From Candidatus Peregrinibacteria bacterium (GTDB lineage: Bacteria; Patescibacteriota; Gracilibacteria; CAIRYL01; GCA-016699755), in assembly GCA_016699755.1 (NCBI GenBank), contig CP065009.1, forward strand, positions 84,937 through 148,936: a stretch of DNA of 64,000 bases, in the 5' to 3' direction. Positions 1-8,704 of the stretch are shown in pieces. A program made the position numbers and the translations under genes. Each line of letters opens with the position of its first letter. The stretch's first letter is position 1. The notes under the pieces are model-generated. The model saw only the letters and a list, made by a program, of their open reading frames with translations. It had not been told where the DNA came from and ran no database searches.

Positions 1-42
1 CTTCTTCTGAATATTATTAACCCTCATTTTTTTCAACTCTAA

Positions 43-423
43 ATGATATTTTCGCAGAAATTTCGTGCGATTTTCCTCTGTTTATGGATGCTCCTTTCGT
101 TTTCTGCGTGTGAAAGTGGACCGAGTACTATTCCATGCCCAGATTTTTTGCCAGGATGTGCGCTGGGGGGGGGTGACATGAAAAATCATCCGATTTGGGA
201 TCTTCTTTCTGCATTTGTTTCATGGATTATTACTATTAGTGCTACTGGAGCGATTCTTATGTGCATTTTGGCAGGTATTCTTTTTGCGTATTCTGGCGCC
301 AATGAAGAGTGGAGAGGTCGTGCGGCAAAAATGTTTTTCTTTGCTGGACTTGGGCTTCTCGTCTCAATATTTGCCTATTTCATTGTGTCGCTCATTGATA
401 ATTTTTTCAATCCTCTTTCGTAA
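43..423 (+). CDS. small membrane protein, VirB2/TrbC-like (T4SS pilin-like), paralog 1
   Basis: 126-aa ORF with an N-terminal hydrophobic signal (LLSFSAC), then two TM helices flanking a short charged loop (AYSGANEEWRGRAAK). The two downstream ORFs have the same layout. Family call is from remembered topology and motif, not searched. Confidence 0.5.
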   Translation: MIFSQKFRAIFLCLWMLLSFSACESGPSTIPCPDFLPGCALGGGDMKNHPIWDLLSAFVSWIITISATGAILMCILAGILFAYSGANEEWRGRAAKMFFFAGLGLLVSIFAYFIVSLIDNFFNPLS

Positions 424-788
424 TGCGTCTTTTTTCAAGAATTCTCTTTGGCATTATTTTTGTTTTCATTCCGCTCTTTACAGTAAGCGCGACAAATCCA
501 ATGGATATTTTGCAAGATATTGGAAGATCGTTTTCGTTACCAACAATGCCAAGCGGTGAAAATGGTGTACTTACTATTCTTTTGCTTATTATTGAGTTTT
601 TGCTTGGTATTTTCTCTCTATTCCTTACAGTTTCTGCACTGTGGGCAGGTTTTTTATTCCTTACGAGTTTTGGGGAAGAAGAGCGCATTACTCGTGCAAA
701 AAAGCTTGTCATCTGGATGTTTGTGGGGGTGGCGGCGACTGCACTTTCGTATGTCTTTATTCGTGGAGTAATCCTTCTTTTTTCATAG
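423..788 (+). CDS. small membrane protein, VirB2/TrbC-like, paralog 2
   Basis: 121-aa ORF. Its ATG overlaps the previous TAA by 1 nt (TAATG). Signal-like N-terminus, then two TM helices around TSFGEEERITRAKK. Confidence 0.5.
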   Translation: MRLFSRILFGIIFVFIPLFTVSATNPMDILQDIGRSFSLPTMPSGENGVLTILLLIIEFLLGIFSLFLTVSALWAGFLFLTSFGEEERITRAKKLVIWMFVGVAATALSYVFIRGVILLFS

Positions 789-790
789 AA

Positions 791-1177
791 ATGATTCGTA
801 TATTATTTCTCTTCGCAATTTTCCTTCTTCCCTTTGAGCAGAGTTTGGCGAGCGGAATTTGTGATTTTGTCGGAACTTGTGATCCACCAGATCTTATTCC
901 CATAGTTCCTTCTGACATTACTCCGGTAGAAAAGGTGACACTTGTGGTTCTCGCATTTTTGCGTTTTGTGTTTTACGGTATTGGAATTGGTGCTGTTGTT
1001 ATGATTGTGATTGCTGGAGTACGACTTACATTTTCTTTTGGAGGTGAAGAGCAGGTAACCGCCGCAAAAAGTACGCTCCTCTATGCTGTTATTGGGCTTT
1101 TTGCCGTGATTCTCTCTGTTTTCTTGGTGCAAGTCGTGACAGACTTTCTGCTCAATTCCCATTCATACAAAAGCTGA
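791..1177 (+). CDS. small membrane protein, VirB2/TrbC-like, paralog 3
   Basis: The ORF track starts at 641 but that overlaps the previous gene. An in-frame ATG at 791 (MIRILFLFAIFLLPFEQSLASG) gives a signal peptide plus two TM helices around FSFGGEEQVTAAKS. Confidence 0.5.
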   Translation: MIRILFLFAIFLLPFEQSLASGICDFVGTCDPPDLIPIVPSDITPVEKVTLVVLAFLRFVFYGIGIGAVVMIVIAGVRLTFSFGGEEQVTAAKSTLLYAVIGLFAVILSVFLVQVVTDFLLNSHSYKS

Positions 1178-1285
1178 TTGTAGAAATCTCATCCCAAATT
1201 TTTTTTTCGTGATATAGAAGCGGTATTTTTGGAATTTTGTTATTATTTTGGTATACTTTTGATAATACCATTTTTTCCTGATTAG

Positions 1286-3136
1286 ATGAAGACAAAACAC
1301 TTGTTTTCTGTAGTTTTTGTTTTTTTGGTTTCTTTCGAGTTAATAAGTCCACTGCATGTAAGTGCAGAAGGAATGCTCGACATGGCGTGTTTTCGGGAAA
1401 AATCATCAGTCGATCCAGCTTCAAGTGGAACCGTGGAGGTTCGCGTTTTTCCTGGGAATCACCTTTTTTTCGCACAAGACAATATGCCTTTGTCTTTTCG
1501 AACATACCAATACGGAAAAGATGCGCCTTTAGATGTGAAAATAGTAAACATTAGTGGCATCGATTCCGCAAAAGAAAAAGAGCAAAAGTATCTGTTGGAT
1601 GGAAATAATAGTACATCACTGGAATTTGATCCCTATTCAGAAGAACCAAGGGAAATAGTGATCGATGCCGGCATGTTGCTTATGCCAAGAAGTTTTCATT
1701 TCGAATTGCAATATGTGGGAAAGCAAATTCCCTTCTTTTCGGTGTCACGAGACGGGAAAACATTTATTTCAGTATCCGATGTAAAACAGCATTCATTTCG
1801 CTTTTTGAAAATCCGATTTGAAAACTCAGGGTCTAGTGATTCCACAAAAAATACTCTTTCGGTAAGTGAGATTTCCCTTTCAGTCCCCGAAAAAAATACT
1901 TACGTTGTTGCTCTCAAAAACAGTTATCCCTTTGATATTTTTAGTGGATTTGATTGTGAGCAAGATGATGCGTTCCGAAAAACCATTAATGCCCTTGATC
2001 GACAATCGCAAAATACTTCTTTTCGTGTTGATATTGATACGGAAGTATTTGATGTTCAGTTTTCCCCAAACCCAACATATAATTTAGATCGAGATGGCGA
2101 TGGTATTACGAATGACGAAGATAACTGTCCTCTTGTTTCAAATGTAGATCAAAAGGATGGTGACGGTGATCTTGTCGGAGATGCATGCGATCTTGATAGA
2201 GATCGGAAAAATTTCTCCGAACGAGATGCTGATGGTGATGGAATTGGGGATAGTTCCGATAACTGTCCGTACCTCTATAATCCACGTCAGCTCGATGGAA
2301 ATGCCGATAGAAGAGGGGATATATGCTCCGATGATGATAACGACGGAATTATTGGAGAGAAAGATAATTGCCCAACGATTTCCAATTCAAACCAAAAGGA
2401 TATTAACGCCAACGGCATTGGAGATGCGTGTGAATTTGATCAGGATGATGACGGTATTTTTGACAGCATTGACAACTGTGTTCACACGAAAAATCCCGAT
2501 CAAGTAGATGCGGACAACGACCAAATTGGAGATGCGTGTGACAACTGTGAGAAGTACAATCCTCAACAACGAGATGTGAATGGAAATGGAGTAGGAGATA
2601 CATGTGAAGAAGCGGAAAACTACCAAAAAAGCAACGATGACGATGCTGATGGTGTTCTCAATATTTCCGATAATTGTCGAAATATTTCCAATCCCGATCA
2701 AGTTGATACAGATAACGACCAAATTGGAGACAAGTGTGATAACTGCCCACTTCTCCAAAATAACGATCAGACAGATGAAGACCAAAACGGTGTTGGTGAT
2801 TTTTGTGAAGACAGTGACCAAGATGGTATTGTGGGGTATCTCGATAATTGTTTGAGGATTACCAACGCCGATCAGAAAGATTCGGATAATGACAATATTG
2901 GAGATGTGTGTGAAGACGAAGACGATGATGGCATTCCAGCGGTTTTTGACAATTGTCCGTTTCAATACAATGTGGACCAAAAAGATGTTGATCACGATAC
3001 GATAGGGGATGCTTGTGATACCACGGATAATCGATTCCTTGAGTCGAACAAGTGGGTTGTTGTTGGTATTATTGTTGCTTTGACTGCGATATTTGGTGTT
3101 CTTATTGTTGGGCTTATTCGGAAAATTCACTCTTAA
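1286..3136 (+). CDS. secreted, C-terminally anchored protein with a thrombospondin type-3-like calcium-binding repeat array
   Basis: Signal peptide (MKTKHLFSVVFVFLVSF). More than a dozen DxDxDGxxDxxDNCP / DxDxDxxGDxCD units run from about 2087 to 3020. C-terminal TM helix plus basic tail (VVVGIIVALTAIFGVLIVGLIRK). Confidence 0.8.
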   Translation: MKTKHLFSVVFVFLVSFELISPLHVSAEGMLDMACFREKSSVDPASSGTVEVRVFPGNHLFFAQDNMPLSFRTYQYGKDAPLDVKIVNISGIDSAKEKEQKYLLDGNNSTSLEFDPYSEEPREIVIDAGMLLMPRSFHFELQYVGKQIPFFSVSRDGKTFISVSDVKQHSFRFLKIRFENSGSSDSTKNTLSVSEISLSVPEKNTYVVALKNSYPFDIFSGFDCEQDDAFRKTINALDRQSQNTSFRVDIDTEVFDVQFSPNPTYNLDRDGDGITNDEDNCPLVSNVDQKDGDGDLVGDACDLDRDRKNFSERDADGDGIGDSSDNCPYLYNPRQLDGNADRRGDICSDDDNDGIIGEKDNCPTISNSNQKDINANGIGDACEFDQDDDGIFDSIDNCVHTKNPDQVDADNDQIGDACDNCEKYNPQQRDVNGNGVGDTCEEAENYQKSNDDDADGVLNISDNCRNISNPDQVDTDNDQIGDKCDNCPLLQNNDQTDEDQNGVGDFCEDSDQDGIVGYLDNCLRITNADQKDSDNDNIGDVCEDEDDDGIPAVFDNCPFQYNVDQKDVDHDTIGDACDTTDNRFLESNKWVVVGIIVALTAIFGVLIVGLIRKIHS

Positions 3137-3180
3137 GATGGATACACATTTTCTGTTTACCCTTTCTTTTTTCTCCCTTC

Positions 3181-6100
3181 ATGGATTCGCTTCTGAACAA
3201 AATATCTTGGATTATTAGCTTATTTATGGCTTTTATTATTATGTCATTTTTTACCCCTTTCTTGTGGCACATGGGTGGCAATGTTAGTGATAGGATACTT
3301 GCTCAAGTCATTGAAATATTCATTCTCGGGAGTATTTGCAAGCGAATTTTTCTCTCAAAGAAGAGTATTCACACCGCTCTTATGAAGACGAAAACAAAAA
3401 TTCCCAATGAAATGGAAAATCGAGAAGAAGAGATCATGAATGAGCCACTCATTTCCTCTAAAGAGGTTTCTTTTTTCGATGAAGAAAAAGAGATGAAACC
3501 AGAGGAAAGTGTTGATCCAATGGAAAATCGAGAAGAAGAGATCATGAATGAGCCACTCATTTCCTCTAAAGAGGTTTCTTTTTTCGATGAAGAAAAAGAG
3601 ATGAAACCAGAGGAAAGTGTTGATCCATACGATTTTTTTGCTACAAAGGAGGTAGAAACAGACATTCCAAAATCAAAAATAGAGAATCTGAAGGAATCAC
3701 CAGCAAAGCCAAACATGCTTGAAGCATTTTTTACAAAAAATGTACTGGCAAAGGTTGGCGGTATTCTCCTCTTTTTAGGGGTCTTATTTCTCCTACAATT
3801 GGTGTATGCACAGCTTGGACCAGTGGGAAAACTTTTAATTGGTTTTCTGATTGGCTTTATTCTTTATGCCATTGGTGTTTTTCTCGATCGAAAAAAATTG
3901 ACAAAAGAATCGCGAGTGCTCCTCGGTACAGGAATTGTTATTACCTACTTGGTTATTTTTTCGGGAAGATATCTTATTGGAGATCGTTTTGCAGATGCTG
4001 TCATTCTTTCGGAGGGGGTTACGTTTTTTCTCCTTCTCCTGAACACGGTGTTTTCCGTTGTTACTGCGTTGGTGTATCGCTCTAACATTCTCCTCTTTTT
4101 CTCTTTTGTTTTTGCGTATTTTATTCCGTTTCTTATTGGTGCAAAAGCCCAAGACACACCATACACTCTTCTTGGATACGCACTTCTTCTCTCTATTGGG
4201 GGAATATGTCTTCATGCATTGGTACAAAAAAAAGATAAAGATTTCTTCAGTTATCTCCTTGAAATTGCGAGTATTGGTGGGAGCATTCTTCTCCTCATGG
4301 CGCCATTTCAAGATACTCATGAGTGGCTTATAAAGTTGGGAGCAATGGTCTTTCTGTCTCTCACCGTTATTTATACTGCCTTTACTACGGGAAAACGAAA
4401 AAATCTCGCTCTCTATTTTCTTTTTGCATATTTGGTTCTTGCGTTTCACATAGGGGTTGGTGCTAGTGTTCTTGGTCACCTCTTTTATACGGGGACAATT
4501 CTTGCCGGATATATAACCTCTCTGCTTATTTTCTTTGGGCTTGGAGTCGCCTTTTTTCTCATTACCTCTGTTCTTTCACTTTTCTTTCTTCTCGCGGTTC
4601 CACTCGTCATTCTTTTGTGGCTTGTGGGGACTGGATTTATGGAGATATCCTTTGTTCCGTCTCTTTTGGTGATGAGTACGACCTTATATCTTTTTGTGTT
4701 CCTTGCTCTTTCAAAAAAAGTATCAGCACTTCTTCATGTGGGATTTTTTGTTATTTTGGGACTTTTTGCATTTTTTACCAACATCCTGTTCTCTTGGCAT
4801 TCTCATTATTCCTATTTTGGGGAGATGCTTTCCTTTCCTCAGGCTGTCGGAACAGTGCTTACCGCCCTCCTCTTTTTCCTTTTGGCGTCCTTTTTCTCTA
4901 CAAAAAAAGGATTGGGACAACTGTATCCCCTTGGTACCATTATGAGTATCATTATTCTTTTACCTATTATTCAATCGACAGGGAATCTCGTAGTTGTAAG
5001 TATTATCGGAATTGTTGGGCTTTTGGGGCTCAATATGGCTGTTCCACTTCTGAGTAAAGCCCTTGTTACAGAAAAACCGTTCAATGCTATTCTTGGGCTT
5101 ATTGCTGGTGTTCTCTTTGGCGCCGGTGAAATATATGTTTTTGGAACAGAATATTTTCCGGGTGTTACGTTGGGAGTAGCATTTCTCGCATACGCTATTT
5201 TGTATTTTGTGCTTGGATTTTTGATGACTTCTTCTCTAGGTGTTCATTTTTCAGAAGAAGAGGTGTCACCAGAAAACACCTCCAAGAAGAACGTTATTCT
5301 TTCTTTTTTGGGTGTTTCCGTTTCGCTTTTTTCCCTTGCCATTGCATTTGTCTTTTCGAAACATGGAGAAATTGCTTCTGCAGTGTGGCTTTTTGAGGCA
5401 AGCATTCTCTTTTTCTTCTCTGGAAAACTCAAAAATGCAAAAATATATGTTGGTGGACTTCTCCTTATGGGTGTTGGACTTTTAAAGCTCAGCTCTCTTA
5501 TTCTCATTATTCAGGCGAAAGACTATCTCTCTCTTGTGCCACTTACCATTATCGCCGGATCACTCTTTGCAAATTTGAAATTTCTCGAAAACGATAGGAG
5601 CACTTCTCGACATTGGCATGATTTTGGCCATCTTCTCGGTTTGGGAATATTGGTAGCTCTTCTTGCTCATATTATTCCCAATACACAACAGGGATGGTTT
5701 ATTTTTGGAATTGCGCTGGCAAGTATTCCCGTTTCGTATCTGTATTCAAAAATTCCATCGGGGCAAGTTCCCATTGTGATGCGCGCTTTGCTCATCTTCT
5801 TTTTTTGCACACACATTCTTCAGCTCAATCTAATATTCATATCTCTTGAGAATCACCATTGGGAGACACTCAAAGTTATCCAATATGTTTCTACCTTCCT
5901 CTTAGTGGGAACTCATGCTTTTCTCCGTTTGGCAAAACCAAGTGCCGGAGCAATATTTACGGTTTCTCTTCCCGCGTACCTGTTCTTAGCATCCACGTTT
6001 TATATATACAATACCTTTCAAGAGAATGTTTTCGTTATTACTATTTACTGGGGAATTCTCGCCTTCTCGCTTTGCGGATATGGAATTCAAAAAGATATGG

Positions 6101-6315
6101 TGAAATACCGAACAATTGGTTTGTATATTATGACGCTGACTGTGGTTAAAATTCTTACTTACGATATTTGGTACAGCCTCAATGATGCTGTTTTAAGAAT
6201 TGTCGCTCTCATGTTTGTTGGAGCACTTATGATTGTTATGTCGATTCTCTATTCGAAAAAATACGAAGGGAATCTTGTTGGAGAGCTTACTTGGAAAAAT
6301 ATACTGCCGAAATAG
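3181..6315 (+). CDS. large polytopic membrane protein (DUF2339-like?)
   Basis: Start moved to the in-frame ATG at 3181 (MDSLLNKISW), because the track start at 3052 overlaps the previous gene. Roughly 25 or more hydrophobic helices follow an acidic duplicated segment. The DUF2339 resemblance is a weak recollection. Confidence 0.65.
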   Translation: MDSLLNKISWIISLFMAFIIMSFFTPFLWHMGGNVSDRILAQVIEIFILGSICKRIFLSKKSIHTALMKTKTKIPNEMENREEEIMNEPLISSKEVSFFDEEKEMKPEESVDPMENREEEIMNEPLISSKEVSFFDEEKEMKPEESVDPYDFFATKEVETDIPKSKIENLKESPAKPNMLEAFFTKNVLAKVGGILLFLGVLFLLQLVYAQLGPVGKLLIGFLIGFILYAIGVFLDRKKLTKESRVLLGTGIVITYLVIFSGRYLIGDRFADAVILSEGVTFFLLLLNTVFSVVTALVYRSNILLFFSFVFAYFIPFLIGAKAQDTPYTLLGYALLLSIGGICLHALVQKKDKDFFSYLLEIASIGGSILLLMAPFQDTHEWLIKLGAMVFLSLTVIYTAFTTGKRKNLALYFLFAYLVLAFHIGVGASVLGHLFYTGTILAGYITSLLIFFGLGVAFFLITSVLSLFFLLAVPLVILLWLVGTGFMEISFVPSLLVMSTTLYLFVFLALSKKVSALLHVGFFVILGLFAFFTNILFSWHSHYSYFGEMLSFPQAVGTVLTALLFFLLASFFSTKKGLGQLYPLGTIMSIIILLPIIQSTGNLVVVSIIGIVGLLGLNMAVPLLSKALVTEKPFNAILGLIAGVLFGAGEIYVFGTEYFPGVTLGVAFLAYAILYFVLGFLMTSSLGVHFSEEEVSPENTSKKNVILSFLGVSVSLFSLAIAFVFSKHGEIASAVWLFEASILFFFSGKLKNAKIYVGGLLLMGVGLLKLSSLILIIQAKDYLSLVPLTIIAGSLFANLKFLENDRSTSRHWHDFGHLLGLGILVALLAHIIPNTQQGWFIFGIALASIPVSYLYSKIPSGQVPIVMRALLIFFFCTHILQLNLIFISLENHHWETLKVIQYVSTFLLVGTHAFLRLAKPSAGAIFTVSLPAYLFLASTFYIYNTFQENVFVITIYWGILAFSLCGYGIQKDMVKYRTIGLYIMTLTVVKILTYDIWYSLNDAVLRIVALMFVGALMIVMSILYSKKYEGNLVGELTWKNILPK
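3412..3627 (+). repeat. perfect in-frame 2 x 108 bp tandem duplication
   Basis: atggaaaatcgagaagaagagatcatgaatgag...gttgatcca occurs at 3412..3519 and again at 3520..3627. It encodes MENREEEIMNEPLISSKEVSFFDEEKEMKPEESVDP twice. Confidence 0.9.
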
Positions 6316-6365
6316 ATTTTTTGCTCGATGCAGAGATTGTATTTTGTAATTTGAATAAAAAAAGT

Positions 6366-6394
6366 GTTCAAAAAACATGGAGTGTTTTTTGAAC
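6366..6394. promoter_or_regulatory. 12-bp perfect inverted repeat hairpin (terminator or operator)
   Basis: gttcaaaaaaca-tggag-tgttttttgaac lies between the membrane protein stop (6315) and the TrmB-like gene start (6438). There is no clear T-tail, so its role is ambiguous. Confidence 0.35.
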
Positions 6395-6437
6395 TTCACT
6401 GAAACATGTTTGCCGTTTTCCAAAAAAGTATGGAAGA

Positions 6438-7190
6438 ATGCGCTTCGTGAATCCACTTTCTGAAATTCTTGGGCTTTCTCCGCGCGACTTTTCCATTTTT
6501 CGCCTGCTTAATTCTATGGGTGCTATGCCGGCGAGTTCTATTGCGGTGCGCCTCAAAATGAATCGAACAACTGTATTTTCCGCGCTCCGCCGTCTTATTG
6601 AGAAAGGACTCGTGTATGAAATTCCCAAAGCGGGTGGAAAGTATTTTTCTGCGGTTGCTCCACGCGAAATCTTGCGTCAGGCAGAAGATCGGGTTGAGGA
6701 GGAAAAACGACGCATTCCACTTCTTTCTGCACTTGTGGAAGATCTTTCTCGTGAGCAGGGGCAATTTGGCGATCGTCCGGGAGTGTCGTTTTTTGAAGGA
6801 GAAAACGGTGTTATTTCGCTTTTTCAAAAGACACTTTCACTTGGAAAAAAACAGGAGGCATTTTTGACACTCGAAAAGATTCCCACGGAAATTCTTCGCT
6901 ATCTTATGTCGGAGTACATTTCAGAGAAGAAGCGACTTGGAGTGATGAGTCGGGTGCTTGTTCCGGCAGGGGAGCGTTCGGAAAAATATCGTCAACTCGA
7001 TGGAGAAGGAAACCGAAAAACTCGTTTTGTTCCCGAGAGTGCGGCATTTGAAACTGAGATTATTCTTTCAGATTCGTATGTAGCGCTTATCGATTTTCAT
7101 GCGCCTATTGGCGTGCTCATTGAAAGCGTCTCCATTACCACCACACTCCGTTCGGTTTTCGATTTGCTTTGGCACTCCGCAAAATTATGA
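6438..7190 (+). CDS. TrmB-family (winged-helix) transcriptional regulator
   Basis: N-terminal wHTH (LSPRDFSIFRLLNSMGAMPASSIAVRLKMNRTTVFSALRRLIEKGLVYEI), then a coiled linker and a C-terminal domain typical of TrmB-like regulators. Confidence 0.65.
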   Translation: MRFVNPLSEILGLSPRDFSIFRLLNSMGAMPASSIAVRLKMNRTTVFSALRRLIEKGLVYEIPKAGGKYFSAVAPREILRQAEDRVEEEKRRIPLLSALVEDLSREQGQFGDRPGVSFFEGENGVISLFQKTLSLGKKQEAFLTLEKIPTEILRYLMSEYISEKKRLGVMSRVLVPAGERSEKYRQLDGEGNRKTRFVPESAAFETEIILSDSYVALIDFHAPIGVLIESVSITTTLRSVFDLLWHSAKL

Positions 7191-8074
7191 CGGCTTCTGG
7201 ACTTTTACTCCTCAAAAAACCAGCAGGCATTTCGAGTTTTCGGGCGCTTGGTATTGCCAAAAAAAAGTTAGGAATCAAAAAAGCAGGGCATGCCGGAACA
7301 CTCGATAGTTTTGCCGAAGGGTTGCTTGTTTCTGGAATTGGCGAGGGAACCAAAGCGCTTTCGCACCTCTTGCTCTCGGAAAAAACATATAGAACAAAAA
7401 TTGTGTTCGGTGTAACATCAGAAACACTCGATCCGCTTTCGGAATATGTTTTTGAAAAAAGCCTGATGGAATTTTCCTCGGAGAGCCTTCAAAAAGCGAT
7501 TTCCAATTTTTCGGGAGAAATAATGCAAATCCCACCACTCTTTTCTGCTCTCAAAGTACAAGGGAGACGCGCATCAGATAGAGTTCGACAGGGAGAGGAT
7601 ATTGAGCTTGCCCCTCGACAGGTAATGGTGTTTGAGACGCGCCTCCTAGAGAGCGGAGTTCTTTCGGAAGGAGTATTTTCAGGACTTCCCTTTGCGGAGG
7701 TTTTTTTGCGCGTTGGCTCTGGATTTTATGTGCGGAGTTTTGCGCGAGATCTTGGGGAAAAACTCGGAACCTCTGCGCTTTGTATGGAGCTTTGCCGAGA
7801 ATCGGTAGGAAACTTTCTATTAGCAGATGCGCATTTTCCAGAAGAAGTTTGTATGGAAAATCTTCTCCCCATTACTTCCCATTTTTTTACAATGCCATCC
7901 ATTGCTCTTTCGCAAGAACAGGCAGAACGGTTTTTCTTGGGAAATGCTGTTTCTTTTTCATCTGAGATGAGGCATCCAGAATGCACTGTTTTTCTTGAAA
8001 AAAATTGGATTGGGTTTGGAAGTTTGGAGCAGGGAATTTTGCAACCAACACGAGTGGTGAAAATTGGGGCATAG
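7187..8074 (+). CDS. truB: tRNA pseudouridine(55) synthase
   Basis: LLLLKKPAGISSF...GHAGTLDSFAEGLLV carries the catalytic Asp motif, followed by PPLFSALKVQGRRA. The ATG at 7187 overlaps the upstream stop (ATGA). Confidence 0.85.
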   Translation: MTASGLLLLKKPAGISSFRALGIAKKKLGIKKAGHAGTLDSFAEGLLVSGIGEGTKALSHLLLSEKTYRTKIVFGVTSETLDPLSEYVFEKSLMEFSSESLQKAISNFSGEIMQIPPLFSALKVQGRRASDRVRQGEDIELAPRQVMVFETRLLESGVLSEGVFSGLPFAEVFLRVGSGFYVRSFARDLGEKLGTSALCMELCRESVGNFLLADAHFPEEVCMENLLPITSHFFTMPSIALSQEQAERFFLGNAVSFSSEMRHPECTVFLEKNWIGFGSLEQGILQPTRVVKIGA

Positions 8075-8100
8075 TGCAATTGAATCCGGCTTACGAATCT

Positions 8101-8505
8101 TTATTCGGGAGAGACGATGCGCAATTTTGGAAAATATGTTTTGTATCGATTTGTATCACGAGTGAGAAGTGTCATATTCGCAAGAGTCGCATGTGCGCCG
8201 ATGTAAAAACCCGGAAGAGGAGACTGCTTATTGCCACCTCTTTTTTTGTATTCTAAAAAACATTTTCCAGCGAGGAATCCGGCTTCGTATGGCAAATGGT
8301 CGCGTCGGAAAAATTTTGGAGAAAGTGCTTCATCAACTTCTTCAATTTGACGAAATCTCATAGAGACTTCTGAGTAAATAATGGGGTTAATTACCAAAAT
8401 GCAGTTTTCTCCGTATTGTTCAAGCATTCTGGATGACCGCTCACTTCACGTTGGGTCATTCGTAATTACATCAATAAGAATATTGCTGTCTACCAAAACT
8501 TCCAT
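8101..8505 (-). pseudogene. vapC: PIN-domain VapC-family toxin interrupted by an in-frame TGA
   Basis: The ORF at 8101..8427 encodes the C-terminal two-thirds (INPIIYSEVS...GFYIGAHA...LLTRDTNRYKTYFPKL). Upstream in the same frame, MEVLVDSNILIDVITNDPT runs from 8505 to a TGA at 8446..8448. Homologs as I remember them have Trp there (DPxW..WS). Confidence 0.6.
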
Positions 8506-8704
8506 CAGGACATTATAAAATTCATGATTTCTTCCGTGCTCAGCCCCCGATGTTCCAGTGCTCTTCAGCTTACTGATGATCGCTTTTCCACATGAAGAAT
8601 TCGCATCGGCTTTTCTCATTTCGAGGGTGTTGTTCTTTTTCTCAAAAATGACTTCCGTTAAAAATTACAAAAAATCTCCTTTTATCTTAGGCTACAGTAA
8701 TACA

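Noticed and set aside
2387-3130. A 247-aa minus-strand ORF, and other long antisense or out-of-frame ORFs inside big genes (for example 3369..3716, 3835..4479, 21072..21806, 21841..22323).
   Set aside because: They lie entirely within much longer ORFs that carry clear domain motifs on the other strand or frame. Their translations are low-complexity (Asn/Ile/Lys-rich), with no motifs or sensible starts. They are shadow ORFs of repetitive or A/T-rich coding sequence.
8446-8448. Possibility that the genome uses a recoded UGA (Trp or Gly), prompted by the in-frame TGA in vapC and further TGAs in the degraded antitoxin region.
   Set aside because: Many well-defined genes here terminate at TGA (the TrmB-like regulator at 7188..7190, the serine recombinase at 38319..38321, the first GT4 frame). 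ORFs up to 1905 codons are uninterrupted under the standard code. A local nonsense mutation in a decaying module explains it better.
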